Below, one piece after another: positions 18,636 to 26,461 of a DNA stretch of 54,640 nucleotides. Made by a program: the position numbers and the translations under genes. Numbering within the stretch: the stretch's first letter is position 1; each line of letters opens with the position of its first letter. Source of the DNA: an uncultured Methanosarcinales archaeon (GTDB lineage: Archaea; Nanobdellota; Nanobdellia; Woesearchaeales; DATDXC01); the NCBI GenBank assembly GCA_964510025.1, contig CAZDZV010000011.1, positions 1 through 54,640 of the forward strand, read 5' to 3'. The notes under the pieces were generated by a model. It was given only the letters and a program-made list of their open reading frames with translations. It made no database searches and had not been told where the DNA came from.

Positions 18636-19527
18636 TGCCCAGCAAGCAGAAGACCTTCTGGTATATGATAGACAAGTTGTGTATGATGCTGATCTCCTGC
18701 CTCGGTGCCTTTTGGAATAACCTATAGGATTTATCTACAAGCCTTTTTCTCCTTTGCGCAACGGAATCTGCAAGCTCCGGACTGAAGTTATAGAACATAT
18801 TATGCAAATCCCTTAATATCTGATTGGTCTCATCATAAAATTGCAGCGTTTGTTTTGAAATAGTAATCGTGCTGTGCATATTCAGGAAATAATCACATAT
18901 ATATTTGTAATGGTCAGCTAGCCTTTCCAGCTCTTCCACTATATAATATATGAAATTTGGATTAGGGTATTCCGGAACCCCCAGCTTATTGATTATCCTC
19001 CTGCACACTGTGACATACCTGTTGTTGGTAAGTTCCATGAAGCGCACGTTCTTTAGGCTTTCATAATCCTTTTTCTTCACAGCTTCTAGGCTGTCTGTTG
19101 CCATCGTATTCAACAGAAGGAAAGTCCTCCTTAAGATTGTATCAAACTCATTGAGGACAGGATCAGATATGCATTTTATCAGGCAATGGGTATCGGTCTG
19201 CTTGACTATCTCATAACCAAGTGTCTCCTCCCTGATTGCTTTCTGTATCTTACTTGATAGTTTTGAATCTGAATACTCGATTCTGATTTCATCTATCCCT
19301 TTTTTATAAAGAGCATGTATTGTCCTTGGGATGATGGTGTTGAACCTATCCAGCTTCACCTCAGCAGACATCAAGGTACTGCCCCTCTCATTTGATATCT
19401 TAAGAAATTTACCCAGGTCTTGGATCTCTACCTCATCGCCAGGTTTAACAGAATTCTTTTCAGTCCACTTAGCCGGCAGCGTTATCGTCAGCGTGTTATG
19501 CCCCTGCTTGATAACCTTCCTCTTCGT
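18613..19527 (-). CDS. AbrB-PhoU phosphate-uptake regulator family protein (apparent ACG start)
   Basis: Frame extends to ACG-KRKVIKQGHNTLTITLPAKW...GDEVEI; PhoU region ILRRTF...ELERLADH. Confidence 0.85.
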   Translation of the reverse strand, partial: TKRKVIKQGHNTLTITLPAKWTEKNSVKPGDEVEIQDLGKFLKISNERGSTLMSAEVKLDRFNTIIPRTIHALYKKGIDEIRIEYSDSKLSSKIQKAIREETLGYEIVKQTDTHCLIKCISDPVLNEFDTILRRTFLLLNTMATDSLEAVKKKDYESLKNVRFMELTNNRYVTVCRRIINKLGVPEYPNPNFIYYIVEELERLADHYKYICDYFLNMHSTITISKQTLQFYDETNQILRDLHNMFYNFSPELADSVAQRRKRLVDKSYRLFQKAPRQEISIIHNLSIIYQKVFCLLGIIVALNV

Positions 19528-19544
19528 TTTAGGTCACGTTAAGT

Positions 19545-19579
19545 AATAAATACGAAGGAATATATAAATTTTTCGAAAA
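19545..19579 (-). promoter_or_regulatory. BRE/TATA promoter block shared with the paralog at 21006-21040
   Basis: 29 of 35 nt identical, ungapped. Confidence 0.65.
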
Positions 19580-19671
19580 ATATTCTTTGTAAAAAATATA
19601 TATTCCACTAGTGTGATATATATTCAATAAGGATTAATTATTTATAGTCCGTAAAAGACACGTTGATCAAG

Positions 19672-20082
19672 ATGCCCATAGATCTCACGGTTCAGAAGGC
19701 TGAGACATTTGAGCCTCCGGAAGGGCTTGCCGTATTTCTAGGTATGAAGGATCAATATGGCGTCGTGGTCTTTTCCTACAGGAGATACGACTGTGGCAGT
19801 GAAGATTTTGTCGACGCCCAGGTGACCCTGAACGCCCATCATCTGAGAGCCTTCATGCGGGACCGCCTGCTTGGTCAGCCCTCCACCCTGCATAACTGCA
19901 GGGGATATGTCCGCCTTGAACAGCTCCAGAAGAACAGGTTTCGGGTGGAGATCCACGGTGGCGGAGCTGTGGGCTGCAGGTATGTTACCTCCAACGCATA
20001 TCTTTCAGATGTAGCATTAAGGCTGCTGAGCGAATATGCAGAAGGCTCCCGTCGTCCTAACCCAGCTCCAGAGCCAGTCTAG
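19672..20082 (+). CDS. Hypothetical protein
   Basis: 136-aa ORF after TTTATA; no motif recognised. Confidence 0.55.
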   Translation: MPIDLTVQKAETFEPPEGLAVFLGMKDQYGVVVFSYRRYDCGSEDFVDAQVTLNAHHLRAFMRDRLLGQPSTLHNCRGYVRLEQLQKNRFRVEIHGGGAVGCRYVTSNAYLSDVALRLLSEYAEGSRRPNPAPEPV

Positions 20083-20998
20083 GCTCTGAGATGTGGTAAT
20101 ACAGCTCAAGGATCTGCCTCATCATCACTATCAGTGCCTGCTCATTGGCTGGTACCCTCCCTAGCAGGGTTCGTTCCTTTTTCCTGACATTCCATCTGGC
20201 CTTCGCAAGCTCTATCATCATATCATTGTTCGGGCTGTAAAAAAATTCATAGAACCGTCTGTTCTGTTTTTCGATTTCTTTCAGGATTCTTAAAGTTGTG
20301 TTCTCAAGCCTTTTTTGCCTGAAGCTCAGCAGGTCCACGCTTGCATACTTGATTATATCGATGATGTCATCCAGGGTAGTGATCATATAGTAAAGGGAAA
20401 CACTGTCGCTGGCCTTTCTCACCATCCCCTTGTTGATGAGCCGCAGGCAGTAAAATATAAACTTGCCTATGTTGAAATGCCTGTCTCTCATCCCTGCCAG
20501 GGACGTCTTGTCCATGCTTTCCGCAAAAGAGTAGAAATCCCTTCCGTAATCTATGATCAGCAGAAATATACGTCTCAGGGCATTTTCAAACTCCTTTTCT
20601 GAACCGAATGTGAAGTCCTTGATTGTGCAGCGGTTTTTGGCCTGGTGGATGATCTGGCAGCCCAGCAGCAGATTTACCTCCTCGTTTATTACGTCTACTG
20701 TCAGGTACCTTTTTCCTGTCCGGAGCTCTGTCACGTCCGAATTCCTGAACTTTATCGTTATCTCATCATAGCCTTTCTTGTAATATGACCTTATGTTCTG
20801 GCGTATGGAGTTATGGTCCAGCCCGGATATGTCTATCTCGATCTTTTTTGATCTCTGCTTGGCTGACAATACGAGCGCGTCGCCCATATCATTTACATCA
20901 AGCTCATCCCCTCTTCGAAGCTTGTTTGCCTCAGACCATTTCCTCGGCAATGTCACCGTAAGCGTATTGTTGCCTTGGCCGATGACTTTTCTTTTCAT
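20057..20998 (-). CDS. AbrB-PhoU regulator family protein
   Basis: MKRKVIGQGNNTLTVTLPRKW...GDEL; YYKKGYDEI; ALRRIF; YCLRLINK. Confidence 0.88.
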   Translation of the reverse strand: MKRKVIGQGNNTLTVTLPRKWSEANKLRRGDELDVNDMGDALVLSAKQRSKKIEIDISGLDHNSIRQNIRSYYKKGYDEITIKFRNSDVTELRTGKRYLTVDVINEEVNLLLGCQIIHQAKNRCTIKDFTFGSEKEFENALRRIFLLIIDYGRDFYSFAESMDKTSLAGMRDRHFNIGKFIFYCLRLINKGMVRKASDSVSLYYMITTLDDIIDIIKYASVDLLSFRQKRLENTTLRILKEIEKQNRRFYEFFYSPNNDMMIELAKARWNVRKKERTLLGRVPANEQALIVMMRQILELYYHISEPRLALELG

Positions 20999-21005
20999 AT
21001 TTCGG

Positions 21006-21040
21006 AATAAATACGCCAAAATATATAAAATTTACGAAAA
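21006..21040 (-). promoter_or_regulatory. BRE/TATA promoter block shared with 19545-19579
   Basis: TTTTCGTAAATTTTATATATT-N4-CGTATTTATT on minus strand. Confidence 0.65.
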
Positions 21041-21180
21041 TAATAGTATTTTTCCGAAAAGATAGTATTTGTCCTTTTTTATATCGCCTAAGGCAATATA
21101 TCAGTATATGCGGCTATATTGCGCTTTATTTTCCACTATAGCAAGATTGAAATATCCTATCATTGTTATACCTCATTAGA

Positions 21181-21630
21181 ATGATTACGGAGAAGCACCT
21201 CAAGATTCTGTCTCATCTCAGGAAAGATGCGAGGAAAAAGATTACAGAGATATCCAAGATGATAGGTGTCCCCGTTACCACCATCTATGATAATGTCAGG
21301 GCCCAGAAGAAAAAGGGCATTGTCAAGAAGCATGTGGCTTTGCTGGACTTTGGCAAGCTAGGCTATCCGACAAGCGCCCTCATAGCTATCAAGGCAGACC
21401 ACAGCAACAGGGACGAGCTTGAGCAATTTCTTTCAAAACACCAGAATGTTAACTCACTCTACAGGATAAACAGCGACCATGATTTTCTAGCAGAGGTGGT
21501 CTTTGAGAATGCGGCCAGGCTTTACGAGTTCGTCGAAACAGCGGAACTCTCATACAACATACCCCATCCGCTGGTCTTCAATGTCATCAAAGAGCTGAAA
21601 AAAGAGGAGTTTTTGCCTGTCAAAGGATAG
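21181..21630 (+). CDS. Lrp/AsnC family transcriptional regulator
   Basis: ILSHLRKDAR..ITEIS HTH; LDFGKLGY; AsnC-type C-terminal domain. Confidence 0.92.
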   Translation: MITEKHLKILSHLRKDARKKITEISKMIGVPVTTIYDNVRAQKKKGIVKKHVALLDFGKLGYPTSALIAIKADHSNRDELEQFLSKHQNVNSLYRINSDHDFLAEVVFENAARLYEFVETAELSYNIPHPLVFNVIKELKKEEFLPVKG

Positions 21631-21680
21631 GCCTATGAAATATGGACAGAGCTAGCGATAGCTCTGGAAAGGTGGTATAA

Positions 21681-22526
21681 ATGCAAGCCAAGCTGCCCTA
21701 TAGGGTTGCCCAGGATTATGAAGAGCTAAGCGATGAGATCACAGATATCGTGGCCCAGACAGTGACAGATAAGCCTGATGCTGTCATACTGGTCCCAGGG
21801 TGCAATACCCCCCGTGGATTTTACCGGAGATTCTCGTCCCGGGTAAGGCAGGGGTTTGTTGACATCTCCGCTGCAACGATAATGACAGTTGATTCGCCGA
21901 TCGGTCTGGAGATGGGGGATCCACGATGCTTCCGGATGTTCATGTACGAGAACTTCTACAAGTTTATGTTCGGCCCCATACCTGAAGGTACGGATCCTGC
22001 CCAATACCTGGAAGATTTCTATGGCGAGCACCCAAATTTTGTGGTCCCCTATGTGCCCATCGATGCAAATTCAGCGCAGGCTGACCAGCTCGCTTACGAG
22101 ATGGGAGTTCTGATAAGCTCAAAAGGCTATGCTGACCTTGCCTTTTTAGGGTTGGGCAAGGCATGGCAGGATAATGGAGAGCTGGAAGGAGGCCATATAG
22201 CATTCAATGATCCTGGCTCAAGCATCGACTCGAGAGCAAGGGTGTTAGACCTTCATCCCCGTACAATAGACTTAAAGTTCAGAAAAGACTCCGGCCTGTT
22301 TGATCCTGCAGAAGTAGTGCCTACAAGGGCTATAACCTTAGGTGTATATGAGCTGCTGCAGTCCAGAAAAATACTCTTGGCAGCTTCAGGAAAGGGCAAG
22401 GAGGTTGAGGTGAAGCGTCTTCTCGAGGGAGAGATGTCTGACAGGTTTACATCTACCTACCTGCATTCTGCAAGAGAAAGGACGCTTGTTCTGGTCGACA
22501 GGGAGGCAGCCGGACTCTTAAGATGA
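21681..22526 (+). CDS. nagB: Glucosamine-6-phosphate deaminase-like protein (NagB family, divergent)
   Basis: GHIAFNDPGSS, VPTRAITLGV, LLAASGKGK; phosphate loop diverged (PGCNTP). Confidence 0.8.
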   Translation: MQAKLPYRVAQDYEELSDEITDIVAQTVTDKPDAVILVPGCNTPRGFYRRFSSRVRQGFVDISAATIMTVDSPIGLEMGDPRCFRMFMYENFYKFMFGPIPEGTDPAQYLEDFYGEHPNFVVPYVPIDANSAQADQLAYEMGVLISSKGYADLAFLGLGKAWQDNGELEGGHIAFNDPGSSIDSRARVLDLHPRTIDLKFRKDSGLFDPAEVVPTRAITLGVYELLQSRKILLAASGKGKEVEVKRLLEGEMSDRFTSTYLHSARERTLVLVDREAAGLLR

Positions 22527-22681
22527 GCGAATACCGAAGAGTAATAACCTACAAAAAAAAGTTGATAGGTGAAGCGCTACTTGAGTTTGGACTAGAGCCT
22601 GAAGATCTTAGTGACAAGGTTAAGGTGCATGTGGTTTCTGCTTATCCAGAGGACACAGCAAAAGCCCTGCGGGAGGGATAA
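22523..22681 (+). CDS. Small hypothetical protein (52 aa) between nagB and pgi
   Basis: ATGA overlap with the nagB stop; ends 1 nt before the pgi ATG. Confidence 0.5.
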   Translation: MSEYRRVITYKKKLIGEALLEFGLEPEDLSDKVKVHVVSAYPEDTAKALREG

Positions 22682-22682
22682 A

Positions 22683-24059
22683 ATGGGATTAACTGTTGCG
22701 TTAACAGGCTTCAAAGTCGATTTAGAGACGCTTGGCGAGTGTGCATATTATAATGGGGTGAATGCCCTAATAAAGCTGGCAAAAGCGTCCAGGGCGTTTC
22801 AAGATGATGCCAGGGAAGTCATTGTTGGAGACACAGTATTTGCCAATCCCACATGGATCACCCTGGGAACAGATTTAGCTGCCATAAAAGAAAGGGCATC
22901 CAGATACAGAAGCAGGAAGAACCAGGCAATCATAGCAAACGGCGGCAGTCTTGAGCCTGCTATGGCTATCTACACTGCTCTTCTAGAAAAAGGACAGGCA
23001 ACTGTATGGAATGTTGATTCTCCAAATCCAGATGATCCAGCAATAGCTGCCATGATACACCCGACAAATGAGTTTAGCCGAAAAAATAGTTACCTGTATG
23101 CAGTAAGCAAATCCGGCGAGACATTGAACGTTATCCTGCAGGCCCTTAAATTTATGGCTTCAGGTTTTGATGTTGTTCCGATAACAGACGACAAGCAAAG
23201 CACTCTGAGGACTGTCATTGACAGGGCTGGCCTCGATTTTATCGCCCATACAGATGTGGGCGGCAGGTTCACCTCTAATCAGCCCAATTCATTGATACCC
23301 TTATATGCGGCCGCTTTTTACAGTGATGCTGCAGACCCATCAGCGGCCTATGCCGAGCATCTTGATGACTTTGTAGCTGGACTTAATTCAGCAGCACAAA
23401 GATTTGCACCTGCTATACCTGCTGAAGATAACCTGGCAAAGAAGCTTGCCTTGGCGCTATATCGCGCAGAGCTGGCCGGCTACTGTGAGATCTACATGCC
23501 GACCTACAGCAAGCGCCTGATGGGAAGCGCAGGCATCACAACACAGCTTTTTCATGAGACTTTCGGAAAAGGCGGTAAAGGCCAGACCCTTTTGGCAATG
23601 GAAGGCCCTGAATGCCAGCACCATACAAATCAGCGTTTTTTTGGGGGTTATCCTAATATGATGGGCCTTTTGGTCGGAGTCAGAAATTATGCTGAGCCTG
23701 GTGAAGGCCTCTGTGCAGACGTGTCCGGTTATGAGGACCTTAAGGTAAAGGGCATAGGCAGCCTTGGCAGCATGCACGGCATGTCATTCGCTGATTTGAT
23801 GCAATTTGAAAGGCTGGGGGTATATGATGCTGCAAAAGAGAAAGGCATACCTGTCATAGACATCACACTGGATAGGGTGGATGGTGACAGCTTGGGAAAA
23901 TACATGGCGCTGATGCAGGCTGTAGCGATGTACAGCGCTTTCCTGAGAGGCGCCAGGTGGGAGGATCAGCCAGCTGTCGAAGATTCAAAAGTCAGGACAG
24001 TCCAGATGGCAAGGCACCATAAGCTGCAGGAAACCTATATGGTGGGTGATGGGCTTTAG
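22683..24059 (+). CDS. pgi: Glucose-6-phosphate isomerase (SIS-type, divergent)
   Basis: NGGS, SKSGET, VGGRF, QLFHETFGK, QHHTNQ, DQPAVE. Confidence 0.85.
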   Translation: MGLTVALTGFKVDLETLGECAYYNGVNALIKLAKASRAFQDDAREVIVGDTVFANPTWITLGTDLAAIKERASRYRSRKNQAIIANGGSLEPAMAIYTALLEKGQATVWNVDSPNPDDPAIAAMIHPTNEFSRKNSYLYAVSKSGETLNVILQALKFMASGFDVVPITDDKQSTLRTVIDRAGLDFIAHTDVGGRFTSNQPNSLIPLYAAAFYSDAADPSAAYAEHLDDFVAGLNSAAQRFAPAIPAEDNLAKKLALALYRAELAGYCEIYMPTYSKRLMGSAGITTQLFHETFGKGGKGQTLLAMEGPECQHHTNQRFFGGYPNMMGLLVGVRNYAEPGEGLCADVSGYEDLKVKGIGSLGSMHGMSFADLMQFERLGVYDAAKEKGIPVIDITLDRVDGDSLGKYMALMQAVAMYSAFLRGARWEDQPAVEDSKVRTVQMARHHKLQETYMVGDGL

Positions 24060-25210
24060 GTTCTTCCCATAGCTTCTCCAACAGTATAGATGCTGCCTGT
24101 TATTAGGATCAGGTCATCCTTGCCAGCGATCTCTTCTGCATAGCTTACAGCCTGCCTTACACCCTTTATTGCCCTTTTTTCCTTATTTACAGCTTTCAGA
24201 AGAACTTCAACCTTGGTTGCCCTCTCTATCTTTGGCTCAGTCAATATGAACATATCAGCTACGGTTTCCAGCTCTTTTAGCATAGCCTTGTAGTTCTTGT
24301 CATCCAAGATACCGATTACGACTACTACCCTGCTGTACCTTCCTCTAATCCTCTCCAGCTCTTTTTTCAGGACCTTGACTGCATCAAGGTTATGGGCACA
24401 GTCAACAAGGATATTTTCTGAGATGAATTCAAACCTTCCAGGCCATTCTACCTTGAGCAGCCCTGCCTTTGCTGCTTTCTCGTCGATGCCTGCTATTTCA
24501 GCAGCCTTGAGGGCAATAAGCGCATTGTGTTTCTGGAATGCTCCGTGCAGGTTTATCCTGAGGTCCTTACCGTCCTTTTCCACCAGGTGCAGCCTGCTTC
24601 CCTTTCCGGCGGCTATTGATCTTATCGCATCCAGCGCTTCGCCTGCTGCCCCTGTCACCACAGGAACACCTTCCTTGATTATGCCTGCTTTTTCATAGGC
24701 GATCTTCTTTGTGTCATAGCCCAGATATCTTTCATGCTCCAGACCGATGTTGGTTATGATAGATATCAAGGGCGTAATGATGTTTGTGGCATCCAGCCGC
24801 CCACCAAGCCCTACTTCTATGACAGCATAATCCACCTTTTTTTCAAAGAAGTACAGAAAAGCCATCGCTGTCATAAACTCGAAGAATGTCTCATCCTTGT
24901 AGTGCTTTCTTACCTTTCTGTAATACTCTGTAAAATCCCTGTCTGGGATATCCTCACCGTCTATCTTTATCCTTTCGTTTATCCTGATCAGATGGGGTGA
25001 GGTGTACATGCCGGTCTTTTTTCCAGCCTGCCTTATCATGGATGCAATGATAGCGCACGTGCTTCCCTTTCCGTTCGTGCCAGCCACATGGATGACCTTA
25101 AGCCCTTTATGGGGATTGCCTAGCTTCCCCATCAGCCTGGAGATGGCCTTAAGGTCCAGATTATACTTTTTTCCCCTTAACCTGTAGAGAAAATCCAGAG
25201 CTTCTTTCAT
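24056..25210 (-). CDS. folC: Folylpolyglutamate synthase/dihydrofolate synthase
   Basis: HVAGTNGKGS, YTSPHL, EVGLGGRLDATN, WPGRFE, DCAHN, TGSIY. Confidence 0.95.
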   Translation of the reverse strand: MKEALDFLYRLRGKKYNLDLKAISRLMGKLGNPHKGLKVIHVAGTNGKGSTCAIIASMIRQAGKKTGMYTSPHLIRINERIKIDGEDIPDRDFTEYYRKVRKHYKDETFFEFMTAMAFLYFFEKKVDYAVIEVGLGGRLDATNIITPLISIITNIGLEHERYLGYDTKKIAYEKAGIIKEGVPVVTGAAGEALDAIRSIAAGKGSRLHLVEKDGKDLRINLHGAFQKHNALIALKAAEIAGIDEKAAKAGLLKVEWPGRFEFISENILVDCAHNLDAVKVLKKELERIRGRYSRVVVVIGILDDKNYKAMLKELETVADMFILTEPKIERATKVEVLLKAVNKEKRAIKGVRQAVSYAEEIAGKDDLILITGSIYTVGEAMGRT

Positions 25211-25245
25211 CTGGGGAAAGAAGGATTGCATATTAATAAAGATAT

Positions 25246-25380
25246 TTATTTTCCAGGAAGCAGCTCATTCACTGCAGCCATAATATCCCAGTTGTTCTTG
25301 ATCAGAAAAAAGAGGAGCACCAAGGCCAGCAGGAAAAATATGAAGAGCACAAATCTTCCTAGCCTTGCTTTTTTCAGCAT
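25246..25380 (-). CDS. Small single-TM membrane protein (44 aa)
   Basis: MLKKARLGRFVLFIFFLLALVLLFFLIKNNWDIMAAVNELLPGK; AAGGA RBS. Confidence 0.6.
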   Translation of the reverse strand: MLKKARLGRFVLFIFFLLALVLLFFLIKNNWDIMAAVNELLPGK

Positions 25381-25404
25381 AATCCTTTGATAATCATTTA
25401 TTAT

Positions 25405-25776
25405 TTAAACTTTACGCTTCAGCTCCACTATCTTGGTCTTGCCCCTGTAGTCGATGAATATGACCTCGTCGCCTTCGCTGAACTTTATATCCCCTGCTTC
25501 AGCATCCAGCGTCTCATAGCTATGCATGTCCATTATCTGCACAGGGCTTGTAGAGATCACCTGGCCGGTCTTCTTCTTTATGTCCAGCTCCTCAACATTC
25601 TCATGATGGCTTAGGTTGAAGGATTTCTCGCCCTTTGAGAAAAGCGGCCTTGCAAACAGCTTTGTCTTTGAATGGGAGTGTGTCCCGTAAGCTACAGTCT
25701 CCTTTCTGGCTACCTGATAAACCTCATTGTTAAGAAGCACATAGCTGCCTTTTTTAAGGTCTTTGGCTGCTGTCAT
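25405..25776 (-). CDS. aIF5A/EF-P homolog lacking the GKHG hypusine motif
   Basis: AKDLKKGSYV, VAYGTHSHSKTK, GQVIS..VQIMDMHSYET. Confidence 0.85.
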   Translation of the reverse strand: MTAAKDLKKGSYVLLNNEVYQVARKETVAYGTHSHSKTKLFARPLFSKGEKSFNLSHHENVEELDIKKKTGQVISTSPVQIMDMHSYETLDAEAGDIKFSEGDEVIFIDYRGKTKIVELKRKV

Positions 25777-25872
25777 AAGGATACAATTGCAGGGCGGATA
25801 TAAAAATCTTCTGTTATGCATAACATTTATAAAAAAAGTTGCATTTTCTTCTACAAAGGTATAGGTGAAATT

Positions 25873-26379
25873 ATGCATTATTTACTGGATATAGCACGGA
25901 GAGTAGGCGTTGCAGTCTACAGCGCAGTTAAAGGGCAAGCTGGACAGCCAGCCCTGGCACCAGCAGGATTAGATGCATTGCTTGCAGGGCATCAAGGTGG
26001 CGCAACTGCAAGACACGTCGCAGTGGACCCTAATCCAGAATGGAGACTGTTATCACCTGAAGCAAGGGCTTTCGCTGTTCTAAGAGAAGTAGGGGAGCTG
26101 GATTATGATCCTTTGAAAGGAAGTTTGCGTGGTCCAGCATATAGGCATGGCAGCACTATTGTTGATGAGCTGTTCGGGTCTGAGCAGGCGTGCATGCAAG
26201 CTGCAAGGGATCTGGGAGAAGTTGAACGAAACAGCAGAGCACCAATCAGCCGTGAAAGAATGCCTATACTGATCCGGGGAGAACTAGATAGACAAAAAGA
26301 TCCTCAAGAAAGAGTATTGATGGCATATGTAGTTGCAGAAGAGCTTAGAAGGACAGGAAGATACGAGCGGCAACACTGA
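25873..26379 (+). CDS. Hypothetical protein
   Basis: AGGTGA RBS, 168-aa ORF. Confidence 0.6.
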   Translation: MHYLLDIARRVGVAVYSAVKGQAGQPALAPAGLDALLAGHQGGATARHVAVDPNPEWRLLSPEARAFAVLREVGELDYDPLKGSLRGPAYRHGSTIVDELFGSEQACMQAARDLGEVERNSRAPISRERMPILIRGELDRQKDPQERVLMAYVVAEELRRTGRYERQH

Positions 26380-26461
26380 ATCTAGCTATAAAAACGATAT
26401 ATTTATATAGCATTTTATCACTCTGAAGTAATAATTAATGTATTAGAATAGGGACTATAAG

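Noticed and set aside
22611..22682. N-terminal extension of pgi in the ORF track
   Set aside because: Better start at ATG 22683 after GGGAGG; the region is occupied by the 52-aa ORF
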